Positions 1 through 13,215 of a DNA stretch of 64,000 nucleotides are shown piece after piece. The stretch lies in contig OZ024756.1 in the NCBI GenBank assembly GCA_964016885.1, positions 44,454,001-44,518,000 on the forward strand. Reading direction: 5' to 3'. Position 1 is the stretch's first letter. The number at the start of each line of letters is the position of its first letter. The notes under the pieces are model-generated. The model ran no database searches. It was not told the origin of the DNA and worked only from the letters and a program-made list of their open reading frames with translations. Both the position numbers and the translations under genes were made by a program. Origin of the DNA: Eledone cirrhosa (lineage: Eukaryota).

Positions 1-13
1 GTTATACAAGTAT

Positions 14-75
<62 letters not shown>

Positions 76-736
76 GTACAAACATATACTGATGTCAGCA
101 AAAATAAAACTCAATAAAAAGTGTGTTTGTGTGAGATAGAGAGAGAGATATTATTATTATTATTATTATCATTGCTGTTTTGTTATATCATTGTAACCTG
201 TAACTTCACGATTTCTGGTGCTATCAGGACGGGAAGAAATTACCGACATGTCATTTAATATGCATTTATGTATATATGTATGTGTGTACATACATTTATT
301 CACACAAACGTGTGTGTGTCTGTGTCTGTGTCTGTGTGTGTGTGTGTATGTGTGTGTGCAAATGGATCAGAATGTTCTCACATACTGTATTAAAGACAAG
401 AATCTGTTCAAATTCAACGATTTTATGCTTATATATTTGGATTGTTCTTACATGTATAAGAATATTAACGTTTCGAAATCCTTGTAGCCTCATCTTTCTA
501 TTATATATAGATGTATTGTAGTGGTCGCAAAGAAGTTTGGTACTAAATTAACTAAGACTGTAATGTCAGCCTTCTCCTTCGGCAATCACACTATCGGATG
601 CAAATGCAGCCTCCATATTTAAATTATGCCAAGATGGCTCAGAAAGTTGATGTCACAACTCCTTTCAATTTTCCATCAACGGAAATGTGTTTTGTACAAC
701 TTTGTAAACTTTTGTTTCAAATTTAGAAAAAACAAA

Positions 737-767
<31 letters not shown>

Positions 768-987
768 CGTTTCTGAATTTGTTTAGCAAGATTTTTTATC
801 TGAAATCGTGTGTTGAAACCGATATTGTTATACTTTGGGAGGGTCATGTTGCCAATAAGAAACACACGCACCCGTTGCTTTCACTTCAATTTATTATATA
901 TTTATAAATTTATAAATTTACAAATCTACAAATTTATAAATTTCTGGTTGGTTGGTTGGTTCCACAACCAGATAGTTGTTTATATAT

Positions 988-1032
988 AGTCATAGTCCTT
1001 TTGTCACACACTCTGTGACCTCTTCAGTGACT
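988..1032 (-). ncRNA. Minimal type I hammerhead ribozyme in family 1 3' UTR, probably inactivated (GAAA to AAAA)
   Basis: Minus strand reads AGTCA CTGAAGA G GTCACA-GAGTG-TGTGAC AAAA G GA C TA TGACT; stems I and II pair, and G12 is mutated relative to the copy at 37102-37146. Confidence 0.75.
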
Positions 1033-1238
1033 GGGGATTCCTTCTTTGTTTCTGTGCCTTTCTTCTGTCCTACGCCATTTTGTTTCTGTGTGTGTGTTGT
1101 GTGCTCAGTTTGCGCATGCGCCACATCCGGGTGTCTGTGTGTGTTTGTGTTCATTTATCTATTTGTTTATTTATTTATTTATTTACATGTTATTGGTTGG
1201 TTGTTTGTTCTATGTGTGTGTGTGTTTTCATTTTGTCC

Positions 1239-2297
1239 TTAATTGTAAGTTGTGATGTTGCTGTTCCACTCATATTTTCTATTTAATTTTGATTGTAATT
1301 CTTTTATGTTTATTGCCTCTGTAATTTGTCTAAACATTGCATCTTTTCTGTGTGTAGATTCTATTTTTATTTCTATGTTCTCTAATTTACCCTTGTGTTC
1401 TATCTTAGCATGTTGGTAGAGTACAGATGATTCTTTATTATCTTGAAGGTCTCGCCAGTGTTCATTTATCCGTTCCCCTATAATACGAGCTGTCTCACCT
1501 ATGTACACTATATTTTTGTTTCTACATTGTCCTTCAGTACATCTTATGCTATACACTACATTTCTAGTTTTACAGTTAATATGGAGGCTTATTTTACAGG
1601 TTATGCATTTCTTATCTATACATGAGGGTCTTTGAAACGGGTATGTCTTGCTAATAAGTGTTTTTACGGAGGTACCTGGTCTTTCTACTATCTTAATATT
1701 GAGTTTATGTTTATTTAGGGCCCTTCTAAATGTGTAGGCTAGTTCGTCTCTAGGGGTTGTATCGATGAACATTACACTCTGGTATTTATTGCTATCATAC
1801 CATGAGTTTATTCTATTGGCCTTGTTCCTAGTTCTTTCTATTCTATTCCAAAATTTGCTCCTATACAAGGGGCAGGTCCCATTTATGTCATTATTTACCA
1901 TTTTTTCCCATTTGGTTCTGGCTCTTCTATACACTCTGATTCTATCTCTCTGATTGTAGCCAGAGAACTGCATACGGTGGATGAAGTGTTGTATGTGTCT
2001 CTCTAGTTCTTCGGGGTTGCACATGCGGGACACATTTCTCATCACCCGTACCAAATCCGCAATCAGTATGTTGATTTTGGTATGGTCCGAAATGGCCGAG
2101 TTTCGGTGGATCAGATGTTTGGAAGTCATGGGTTTGGCATAATGGGAATGGAGGATTTGTTTTTGGTTGTTAATGGCATCTAACCAGAGCTCTGTGTCTA
2201 GTACAGGTAATCGATGGTTGGGGTGTCTACTTGGGTAGTCTATAGTAACTCTAATTCTCTGGTGGATGGAGTTTGCTATTTGCTGGATGCTTTCCAT
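1239..2297 (-). pseudogene. Penelope-like RT thumb + GIY-YIG endonuclease (C-terminal ORF fragment)
   Basis: 352-aa ORF with VVYSIRC/YIGETAR GIY-YIG motifs, R..EH and E...I...LN; frameshifted from the RT core at about 2290. Confidence 0.92.
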
Positions 2298-3376
2298 TGT
2301 TTTTCTCTAGTTCCTGACTGTTCTCTAGTGGGGGTGTCTTAACTACGATGTTTATATCATCTACGTAGCGGGAGTACATTATCAGGGTTAAGCTGTCTTC
2401 TAATTGTTCCTTAAGTTTAAGTTTAAGTCTACTGTCCCACCATACCATGAATAAGTTAGCTATGTCGCCTGCAATGCTAACACCAATGGCTGCTCCTTCC
2501 TCTTGGGCATATGTTTTTCCATTAAATTTGAACATATGTTCCTTAAGGGTTAATTTTATGCTGGCCCCTACCGCATGTGCAATCATTTTCTCCAGTTCGT
2601 CGTGGTTTTCGGGTGTCCGTATGGCTCTGGTTCATCCGTTCCATCTATCTGTGTGGGTTTTCTTGGCCATTGAGGTAATGGTAGGTGGTCTGCCTCTTGC
2701 TGGTCTTGTAGGGCACAGGTTGCTAAGGTCATATGTGTCTAGGTAACTATTACTATGGGTAAGCTTAAGTAGAAGTGCCAGCTCACTGGTATCAATCCCA
2801 CGGAACTCAACCTTGCTCTCGCTGATCATTTCTACGCATTTTTCCACAGCAAAATCCACGTCAATAGATGGATACAGGGACACAACATCCATACTGCCTA
2901 TTATGCAGTTTGTTAGGTCCCCAGATCGGTTACTCACGCCGATTCTGCTGAGGAGGTCCTCCGTGCTGTCACATACATCTGGGGACATCTCAATGATGGG
3001 GCGTATGATCAGGGAGAGGAAGTAGGACAGTCTGTAGTTACTAGCAATGTTAGCTCCACAGACTGGCCGTGTTGGTGGTCCCGCGACAAGGTCACAGCCC
3101 GTTTTATGGTCTTTTCGGCACGTCATTGTTCCAGGCCTGGAAGTTGTTGGCAGTCCTTTTGTTGGGCTGCATTATATTCGTCCACATCACCATATGGGCA
3201 TTGAGGGCTTTTTCTCTATCCTCATGCTCCTGTGGTGTTACCTCTCTTGTGTTAGTGATGTGGGGTTGCATTGCCTGGATGTAGTTTGGCAGGCTGTCAA
3301 CCGACATTCTGCCAGACTTGTCTGGTGGAAAGCATGCTATCTCTCCATTACGTGAGCGCTGCATGAGCTTGCGCAA
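2251..3376 (-). pseudogene. Penelope-like reverse transcriptase core, broken into several frames
   Basis: ORFs 3376-3104, 3126-2632 and 2586-2251 carry DKSG, SMDVVSLYPSI, Q..GAAIG and RYVDD motifs. Confidence 0.9.
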
Positions 3377-4082
3377 GCCATTTGAAGATTTTTCTCCCAG
3401 TTGCTGGGCCTCTATTCTATTATGCTTCTTGCTATACTGTTCTATAATATTTCTAAATTCGGATCTAGCTATACTAAATTGTGCTTCTGTTTGTTCATCG
3501 ACCTACGACGGCAACTGCGTGCGTTTGTTAAATGGTAAAGTCGTGGCGTGGACTCGTCGCAGGTCGAATGATTTATCGGAGGGATTATAAAACGGAGAGT
3601 TCCAGGCTGCTGCTTTATGTGTACTAGTGCTATTGTTATTGTTAGTTGTGTTGTTTCTATTTCTATTTCCACCAACAGCCTCATGGTTGTTTCTATGTCT
3701 CTCATAATTATTCCTGTCTCTTTCCACTGGCTCAATGTAGTTATCTACCCTATTTTGTGTGTCTGTGTGTTCGTCTTGGTTATTCTCTTTGTCCTTAGTC
3801 TCCCTTATCCTTTTAGTCTCGCTTTCCAACAGACAAGTCTGGCAGAATGTCGGTTGACAGCCTGCCAAACTACATCCAGGCAATGCAACCCCACATCACT
3901 AACACAAGAGAGTAACACCACAGGAGCATGAGGATAGAGAAAAAGCCCTCAATGCTCATATGGTGATGTGGACGAATATAATGCAGCCCAACAAAAGGAC
4001 TGCCAACAACTTCCAGGCCTGGAACAATGACGTGCCGGCGTTGTATGGGCTTCGAAAAGACCATAAAACGGGCTGTGACCCT

Positions 4083-4163
4083 GTCGGAAATCAGATAATT
4101 GCGGCAAATGTTTCATTCGAAATTTCGAGTATTGTAGTACATCTAATTTTCTAGGATTTAATC

Positions 4164-4221
<58 letters not shown>

Positions 4222-4302
4222 GATTAAATCCTAGAAAATTAGATGTACTACAACACTCAAAATTTCGAATGAAACATTTGCCGCAATTATCTGATTTCCG
4301 AC
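4083..4302. repeat. Inverted repeat (about 85-bp arms) centred on a (TA)n tract
   Basis: 4083-4167 is the near-perfect reverse complement of 4219-4302, with (TA)n between. Confidence 0.95.
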
Positions 4303-4714
4303 CTACTATTAGATTTATAGAAATTCTAACGAGCATTTGAAACACTCAAGGTTAATCTAGTCAACAGAAATGTTCATGTTTATTCATAACGTTTCAATAT
4401 TTATATTCAGGATTTAATAATCAATATTATCTGCGTGCTTATCTTTCAGTTCCTAATCCTTTTAATGATACCGACAGCAGGGTCGCTGCTTTTTCATTCT
4501 AGTTTTTTTTAAGAACTTTGACTCAGAAATCAACAAAGAGCGGTAGAAAAATAGAAAATGTGTTGATGGTCAAACCCTTTACAGTATTTGGTGGCATCTC
4601 TTTTCGGTTCAAATCCAGTAAATACCAATTGTGATCTTCAGATTTTATTGTTCTTCCTAAACAATCAGCAGCCGAAGAATTATGTCAGTTTAACCAACTA
4701 TATAACACTCCTCT

Positions 4715-5150
4715 GGGTGGCGAATTGTCAAAGTCGTTAGAACGTCAGATAGAATGGCAGAGTGGTTAGAACGTCAGATAGAATGGCAGAGTCGTTAGAA
4801 CGTCAGATAGAATGGTAGAATGGTTAGAACGTCAGATAGAATGGTAGAGTCGTTAGAATGTCCGATAGAATCCATTGTAGTATTCGTTCCGGCTTTCTAT
4901 TCTCCGAGTTCAAATCCCGCCGAGGTCATCTTTGCCTTTCATCTACTACAGGTCGATAAAACAAAGTACCAGTCTAATACTAGTGTCGATTCTTCCGCTA
5001 TCTCTCTTTCCCGCTTCCATTCTCTCCTCTCTATCTTTCTCTGGCAGACATTTGGTGTACTCAGACCTGGAGAGGAGATGGGCTTCATCAGGTTTTAAAA
5101 TGCCCCAAGAAACGCCGCAAGTCAATTCAACGCCCCTACGACTCCGCCAG
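4715..5150 (+). mobile_element. tRNA-derived SINE with an internal 29-bp tandem amplification of its head
   Basis: B-box-like GAGTTCAAATCCC followed by GCCGAGGTCA.CTTTGCCTTTCATC...GTCGATAAAA.AAAGTACCAGT, shared with many copies in the window; unit GTCGTTAGAACGTCAGATAGAATGGCAGA repeated about 4-5 times at 4732-4870. Confidence 0.8.
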
Positions 5151-6589
5151 TAGATACAGATTTCTACATACATACAACTAAATCTGTGACACACTACCAA
5201 AACTGTAAATATATACGTAACATCTAATCTAATGTGTAACATTGTAACAGTGTTCGCGAAGTTTGAAGTTTTGCTTTGATTTAGTGGCCTTCCGTATATT
5301 TCCGGAGGTATTTGTATCTGGAGACGCTCCAGACAAAAACAAGATAGAAATTGCATGAAATGAGAGAAGTATTTTAACTATAATGGCAGAATAATCAGGT
5401 ACATTGTCCTGTTGGTATATTGCCAGTCTTGAACTTCCAAACAAATATATACAAAAAAAAGACGAGTTCGTAACAAAAAAATTTAAAATAATTAAAAAAT
5501 AATAGCAACAAATAAATAAATATTCCTTGTAATATGATACACCAAGACTTTCTGTGCAGAAAAGGAATGTTCCAAGTCAGGACGCCAAAACCCAAATCTT
5601 CCTGGCAATTGTAAGAAATCTTCACCGATTCACAATTTCTCAGATATCTGAAGGACGTCTGAAAAGAGACGTTTGGGCAGTGGGTTACGTCTTTTTATGT
5701 TCTGAGTTCAAATTTTACCCAGCTCTCTCCTGGCTTTCATTTTACTGATGTCGATTTCAACACTGAGCATAAAGAGCAGGACAAACAAAATGCCCTCAGG
5801 AGATTTCTTCCGGCGCTCTAACGATTCTGGTAATCCCTAAATAATGACAACTATTGTTTGCCTTCCCCCTAAGACCACATTCAACAACCTTGTCCTATCT
5901 TTTGATTTATGCCATGCATTTGGAGAATAATAATAATGTTGTAACATGTTTTATAACTGAGAAATTACAGATTCATTATATTTCCTATGGTGTGGGTGGG
6001 ATTCAATGATACCTGGGTAAAATATTTTAGAGCAAGCTACTTTGTGAGAACACACCGATTTATTGAAGGTGTATAAATTTGATTCTGACATACAGATGGA
6101 ATACACACAGGCCTATGTCAGCTCTAATCGAATACACCTAAAATCAAAGGTATTCCAGTCGTGACCATCGTATTTTCTAACATTTCTATTTGTGAACTGA
6201 CGGTGTATTTCCTATTATCTAGTCTTCAGAGAATTACATGTATAACATGTAAATTTAATGACGATTTGGTTGCTAGTTTTGGACAGGTTGCTTGAAAGAT
6301 GTTGAGGTTGACATGTACGACAAATTCTAATAACAACAGACAGGATAAAAGGGGCTTTTAATTGTAAAAGTATTGGTAAAGTGACTGACCTCCCATCATG
6401 AGAGAATGATTGAATAAATAGATGATATACGATATATTCCGAGAGACTTTGCCAGAATGGAGAAAACAATGTTGAACTATTCTCTGCTTGAAGAATAGAA
6501 ACAAAAGCAACAGAGGTGAGAATTTCCAACCGGAACATGTCCCCAAATAATTTGAAAGCTATTGGTAGTTGTATCATGTATGTATGTTC

Positions 6590-6625
<36 letters not shown>

Positions 6626-6699
6626 ACGTATATATGTACGTATCTATCAATGTGTGAGTTTGCTTGCTTGTGTGCATGTATGTCTATGCATTATATGTA

Positions 6700-7700
6700 T
6701 TACCGAAAAGGAAGAAAGGACTGGTGTATTGAGAAACAAACCCAATTACTAATGGATTAAATAATACAGGGATATCTCGGACTGCCGGAAGTGGCATACA
6801 GATCTCACAGTGGTCGTGATTAATTATAAAATTATCTAAGTCATGATTTCTCATTCTTCGATAATAGAATGCTGAGAGATGTTATATACCTGAAGCTGTT
6901 GAATCTAATGAGAATAAGCAAATGGAAAACCTTCTGATGTTATTTTGGTGAAGCAATTGGAAATATTTTAATATGCATGGTGCCTGACATTTAATAGCCA
7001 AGAATTAGGCAATAGGTATAAACGACGGACGTGGGTAGAAAAATCGAATTTATGGAAGAACTTATCATTTTAGAACGAGAACCTAACTGGAAAACAAACT
7101 ATGCCAAAATTACATATAAAAATAAACAAGAAATGCTGATAATCTATTATATAGAAATCATGGTAAAGATGAATGGAGTGTAGCATATTTGAAAAGTGAA
7201 TGTTGTCAATTTTTTCAGAAGAAATATTTTTTTAAATCATGACTTTGTCGTAGTTTTCTACTGAGAGAAAAAAATATATTACAAAGACTGATATCAATAA
7301 TTCTAAGGATTTGAAATTTTGGCATCCAATGTGACTATAAGATAGAGAAAATGAGATTTAGTGCTGGCAAATTGAATTAAATTTCAAGGGAATGGAAAAT
7401 ATTTGATTTCAAACGCCATAATACGTTTCAGGAAAGGTTTTGAAGAAAAAGTCTGCATATGACTCAGATTCACACCATTCAGTAAAGATTACTTGAAAAT
7501 GATAGAATTCCTGATATTATCAAAGACTGATTAGAAAGGACACGGAGCAAAGAGATTAAGGGCAAAGGGAAGATTGAGAAATATTTAGATCTCAAGTGAG
7601 AGATTTACAAATATACGACAAATGGAGATAGACATAATGTCATTAGTGTTTGGATCTCTATACATTATATGTAATAGAGTACACAGATGCTGAAATAAAG
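6700..7700 (+). mobile_element. Highly degraded non-LTR retrotransposon, R4/Dong-like
   Basis: Broken-frame translation resembles ...DCRK...WIDYKKAYD.VPHSWIIEC (about 6780-6875), D.LY..R..GG (about 7135-7170) and EKIEKY.DLK.EI (about 7570-7605). Recognised by eye, not by alignment. Confidence 0.5.
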
Positions 7701-7756
7701 TAGAGAGATAGCAATAGGACTTCTAGAGATTGTCTTTTATATGCTACATATGAATG

Positions 7757-7890
7757 GTAGATTGGCAGAATTGGTGGGGCATCGGATAAAACATCATCGT
7801 TCTTTACATTCTGATTTCAAACCCCAACTGGGATCAACTTTGCGTTACGTCCTTCAGGGGTCGATAAAATAATGTACCCGATTATAGTAG
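7757..7890 (+). mobile_element. SINE fragment (same family as 4715)
   Basis: GATTTCAAACCCC...AACTTTGCG...CCTTCAGGGGTCGATAAAATAA.GTACC. Confidence 0.65.
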
Positions 7891-8559
7891 CAGAAACTTG
7901 CCAAGTGTGCCAGGTAATAGGATCTTGCCCACAACCACATAAGTTGTGAAGAGAATTTCTTAGCCAAAAAATCATACAAAAGTCATAGAAGCAAAAATAA
8001 ACAACAACAATGGTTTAATAATTATTATGTAAGGTTATGGAAAAATCTCATGATGTGTTTCATCAAATGCTTCGAAGACACAAAAATATTTTTATAATAT
8101 ACACGCAACTAGATGTATTTTATTTCAGCATGATAAAAAAATTCTGTGATTATCAAAGACTGATTAGAGAGACGACCATGTAGAAAATTCGTTGACATAA
8201 AATACCTCGTTAATAACAGTATTATTTATTATTCAAAATGAAAAAAAAAATGATCCTTAACATTAACTATTCATAAGACCGAGACACACCATGACGATTG
8301 AGGTAACAAGTGAATCTATTGAAAGCTGAACTATACAGTACGGTTCATCAATTAGAATAGAGTATAAGATATATATAGAAATATAAAGATCAAAGATTAA
8401 AACCTAAGTGCAATTTGGTTTCTCTTGCTTTAGGTATATAATATATATTTTAGTTCAATGTACATATGTAAGAGGGGGAGGGATAAAAAGTTGCACTTAT
8501 TTGCTTAATACTAACGATAGGTGTAGACTTTTATCCTCATATTGAGTTAACCCCCCAAC

Positions 8560-8590
<31 letters not shown>

Positions 8591-9526
8591 AGTAGATACA
8601 ATAAGAGAGAGGTAGATAGACAGATAGATAAATTGACTAAAAAATAATAAAAAGAGAATGAAATTTATATTTTCTATCTTCTGGTTAAGACTATTATTGT
8701 GACAGAAATAAGAATAGGATCTATGACTGATAGAATTGGAGAAATAAATATCAACAAAATGATGAGGTTGGGTGAGGGGAGGTGGGGAAGGGTGAGAGGA
8801 GAGGTGAAGGGGAATGGAAGAATGAGAGAAAGAGAAAGGATGGATGTGTGAGTGACTGTGTATATATATATACTCTTACATATACCCCCCCCCCCCATAT
8901 ATATATATATATATATATATATAGGGCGTAAATGTGCGTATGCCTTTGTGTCGGTATGCATGTGCGAGCGGGTGTGTACGCGTGAGTGTGCATTTGTGTG
9001 TACACGTGAGTGTGTATGTGTGTGTGTGGGGGGGGGGGGGTATTTTTTTAGCTGAAGCTGCTATATTTCTCAGTAAAAATAAATCTTTCTATCTAATGTA
9101 TCTTTGGAACAATTCGATTATTCCCACAATTGTTTTTATCAAATATTAGATCGTTCATATTTCATAAATAATATAGCTTTTTACGACACTTCTTTGTTTA
9201 AACGAGAATGTGTTACCCACCAGCTATATTCTAACTATCTATATTATGCATTTAGGAAACATTAGACTAGGAATTTGTTAATGTTTTAAACATGAAAGAT
9301 CCAGAATAAGCAAACAAGAAATATTTCTCTGTTTATATTAAATTACAAACTGGTTAGAGTCAAATGTCTTTTTTTCTTTTTTTGAAAAGAAGTGTGTCTC
9401 TACAAATTTAAAATATATTCTCCGTTTGTGTAAATATATTTCGTTTGAACTGTGTAATACACTTTGCATTTGAAATTACAATTCAGCCTAAATAATATTA
9501 ATATTCAATGCTAGTATTTTCAATCT

Positions 9527-9710
9527 TCTGTCGGCAAAATGCTTTCATTCGGTAGTGAGTCGGACGCCATGCTTTCCAGTATAGTTACGTCCCTTTACGG
9601 TCTGTGTTCAAATCCCGCCGAGGTTAACTTTGCCTTTCATCCTTACAGGGTCGATAAAATAAAGTACCAGTAATGTACCTGGCCTTGTGCAAAAAGTAGA
9701 AACAATTATT
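9527..9710 (+). mobile_element. SINE (same family as 4715)
   Basis: GTTCAAATCCCGCCGAGGTTAACTTTGCCTTTCATCCTTACAGGGTCGATAAAATAAAGTACCAGT; very close to 54220-54410. Confidence 0.8.
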
Positions 9711-9798
9711 GAATATAAATCGCAGTCATTATTTTGTAAATTCATTAATCTATTACAAGATATTCGCCTTCTTTATTAATATACAAGTGTCGTTATAA

Positions 9799-9965
9799 CA
9801 GACCTGCCAACCTCTAAAAATCCAAACGGGCAGTACCATAAAAATGAGGCAAAGTAGGGAGATTTTACATAATGAAAGCTATAACCATTTTCACAAGAGA
9901 AGACATCTCTCACCCACCGCAAAGTGGGAGATCTCCTTGTGAGACGGGGAGAGTTGACAGGTCTG
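9799..9965. mobile_element. MITE, 167 bp, 13-bp TIRs, 7-bp target-site duplication
   Basis: CAGACCTGCCAAC ... GTTGACAGGTCTG (one mismatch), flanked on both sides by GTTATAA (9792-9798, 9966-9972). Confidence 0.8.
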
Positions 9966-11899
9966 GTTATAACACATTGGATTACGATTTGTCACTGTTT
10001 CTTTAAATAATAATTTCTGTCAAAATCGCTCAAGTGCAAAACACAAAATTCCGAAATCAATTTTGAAAACAAAAAACATTTTATGGCGGCTGCAGGAGTA
10101 TTAGAAATATATTCCGAAATAAAGAAGTGTCATATTTCAAGTTAAACATTCATATTATATCATATTTCGTTAAAGACTGGTCTTCATGTATCTTTATAAT
10201 TCCGAGATTGTTGTTTTGTTTTGGATAAACTCACAAATATTTTCTCATCGTTTTATTTTTTTCTCTCATTCTCCAGCTATTTTTCAAAAGAAGGAATATA
10301 CAAAACGTCTAAAATAGATTCGCTACCTCCCTGGGGCGTCATATTAATGACATTTACCCTATTACCATCTTCTAGCGGCTTTTTTGTTGTTCTTGGTCTG
10401 TCATTTTCCACGGATTTACACACACACACACATTATACACACACACACACATACACACATTACACACACACATCATAAACTGATTAGTGTTATCTGACTT
10501 TCTACCGTTACGAATATAAGAGTTTCTTCTTTTTTTGTGGGGTGGGGGCTTTAATATATATATACATTTGAAGTATATAAACACATTTTGTTTTACAATT
10601 GTAATTATATTTTCATCCTTAGTAAAATAAAACACCAATATTTTCTATTTTCAGTGAATGAAACACCACAATTATTAAATATACATTATTTTTCGTTATT
10701 TTGAAAATTGAAAAAAAAAGAAAAGGAAAAACATATTTCAAGATATTCGCGTTCTTTATTCTTGCAATTCTTACATATTTATCGACATAAAGCATTAGAT
10801 TAAGATTATTGTTTCTTTTCAAATGTACCTTTTTTCGATATTGAAACAATAAAAATCCGATAAAAGATTTTAAAAGAAAAATCATATTAAATAAGCTACA
10901 AGGGTCTTAAAAATACATGCTTAAATGAATAAGTGTCACTTTGAAATCTAAAATAAATATTTATATTATATTACATTTCGTTAAAGATTGGATTTTAGGT
11001 ATCATTATAAATCTACGATTATTTGTGGTGTAGCCAACAAACCCGTTTTTATATATTTTACCGCATTTTCTCCTCTTTCTTTTGTTCTCTCACTCTCAAT
11101 TCCTTTCAAACAAGGACACTGTCCGAAACATTTAAAATAACTTTCTCCTGAGCATCACTTACAATATTAATAGGCTTGTACGAATGTTATGTGGATGAAG
11201 GAAGAGTAAAACAGAGAGAAAGTTTGATTGGAAGGGAAAATATCACTTAGAAGGAAAATAATGCCATTTACTTGGAAGGTGGGAAATAGCAACGTCATAA
11301 GGCAGAAGAAAAAGACCATTTACTTACAGTACCATACATTATGTGGCTGGAGGAAGAGGCAAAAAGACAGTGGGAGAGAACAGTATTTATAGACATATAA
11401 TCAAACGTACACATATGATATACTGAAAATTGCATCGAGTATTATTGATATTGGTAAATGATGGTGGAGGTAGTAAATATGGTTGTGGTAAGGGGGAGAA
11501 ACTTAGACTGCAGTTTTTTGCTCTTATTTACTGAGGTAGACAGACAGACAGAGAGTCAGAGACAGATTCGAGGTTGTGAAATAATTAGAGAGGCCGAGGG
11601 GTTAATATTCAATATTTCCTTTATTAATAATCCTGACGCGTGTTTGGTTATAATTACACTCGACTGCAAACAGTCTAAATTGGTGATTATAAGAGCACAA
11701 AAAATTACTGTTCACGGCACTGGAAGTTATAATAATTACAGTTCTTCAGAGAGAGGTGATGTTCGGTTGTGTTGAGAGATTTATATTAGAGGTGTGCCGG
11801 TAGGTGGCTTTAGGGAGAATTGACTAATCAGCTTTTGGGGATTGGTGGGTTGACAAAGATAGTAATTGAATGAGTGCAGCAGTGTCTACTTATTAGAAA

Positions 11900-13215
11900 G
11901 TAACTTCAAGTAGCCACCGATAATTTGACTTTGAAACACGATAATAAATAAACTTAATTTAGGTGTTAAGATGGAGGAGGTATTTTTCAGGCATTTTATA
12001 TCTATGCCGTTATCTTGAACGTATCTTATTCATTAGCGACACTTTATCTGCGTGATCCTTTGCGTGTTAAGATCTATAGCATGTCTATTGTTTTGGTATG
12101 AGGGTTTTTTAAATAATCAGTTTTATTGCGGAAAGGGGCTGGATATTATTGTGACGACCTCAATGGGGAGTAATACATGTCAAGAATTATCGGTGACCTC
12201 TTATAATATTGTTTTGATGTGGTTTCATATATATTTCTAGTATGGAGTTAGTGAGTTCGAAGTTTGAAGATGGATGCATCGGATTCCCTATAAGATTATT
12301 ATATTCTACTTTCTACATTTTTATAATATTGTTGTTACTACACCAGTGACATCTATATTTGTTTGTAGTGTTATGGACATGTATGCGTTGCGAGGAACAA
12401 ATTGCGTTTAGAATATAGATCTGGAACATCATGATGTCTTACTGTCCTTTAAGTGGCAACTTTCAGGCAGTCTATAGTTATATATGTTTTTGCTCATATT
12501 GCTTGTAATCGAGTTTTGTTTCAGTATTAGGTGGATGTCCACAATGGTGCTGGGGGTTGAGTGTGTTGTGTTTGAGTGTAGAGGTGTGATTAATAATATT
12601 TAGGTTTCGTTGTGTTATATTGCTGATAGATCCAGTGTGATTGATGGTGTTGTTGTGTTGTGGTGGGTGACTGTGTTTTTCTTATAAATGTTCAGCTATC
12701 TTCGGTTGAAGATAGTTATAAAGATTTCAAGGTTCATCATGATAGAGTAGGAGAGTTTAGTTGGTTCACCAAGTAAGGCTTTTGTGGTATTTATGAGATA
12801 GTGGGAAGTTTCTATTTATTATTTTAAAGAATTCGTTAGGAATTTTAATTTCAATCGGGGTGCTATTCGAAGGGTAATACGAGAAATATGTTCTAGAGTG
12901 AGTTCTTTTCGTTAGGGGAGGAGGGTTGCTATTTTTAGGTTTCCATCTCATTTCTATTAGAGTATTTGATGTAATTGTATTTTTTGGATGGTGTTTCGGT
13001 GGTTAGTTCTGGTTTAAATTACTTCCTATGTAATGTAAATTTGTACGATTCAGGCACATCTGGTATGAATTTAATTCTGTTATTGAAACCGGGCTTTCTA
13101 AGAGCTTCGTTATAATAACCCTCACAGGGGTGAAAGATAGCTACGTATGTTGAGAGACAGGAGATTCTTAGTGATACACCTTTTACAATTGAGCTGAGTA
13201 CAGCGTGAGTGGTTA
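11900..13215 (-). mobile_element. Degraded Penelope-like element related to family 2
   Basis: IVKGVSLRISCLST...YYNEALRKPGF and FFKIINRNFPLSHKYHK align by eye with LVKNVSLRLSRLST...YYNEALARSGF and FLSLITKHFPPTHKYSK of ORF 35283-34087. The low-coordinate boundary is approximate. Confidence 0.7.

Larger units (their letters stand above)
767..4082 (-). mobile_element. Penelope-like retroelement, family 1 (RT + Cys-rich linker + C-terminal GIY-YIG; Neptune/Nematis-like), frameshifted and 5'-inverted
   Basis: Consecutive minus-strand ORF pieces: PPDKSGR (DKG-like), GPPTRPVCGA...GSMDVVSLYPSID, YAQEEGAAIG...YSRYVDDINI, PVLDTELW, then CIDKKCITC...C linker and NVVYSIRC...YIGETAR...R..EH. The 3' UTR (1238-767) abuts (TA)n. 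3821-4082 is an inverted copy of about 3089-3333. Confidence 0.93.

Noticed and set aside
3821-3883. Cys-rich N-terminus (MPGCSLAGCQPTFCQTC) of ORF 3883-3503 as a zinc finger
   Set aside because: It is antisense reading of the inverted RT duplication, not the element's real N-terminus.
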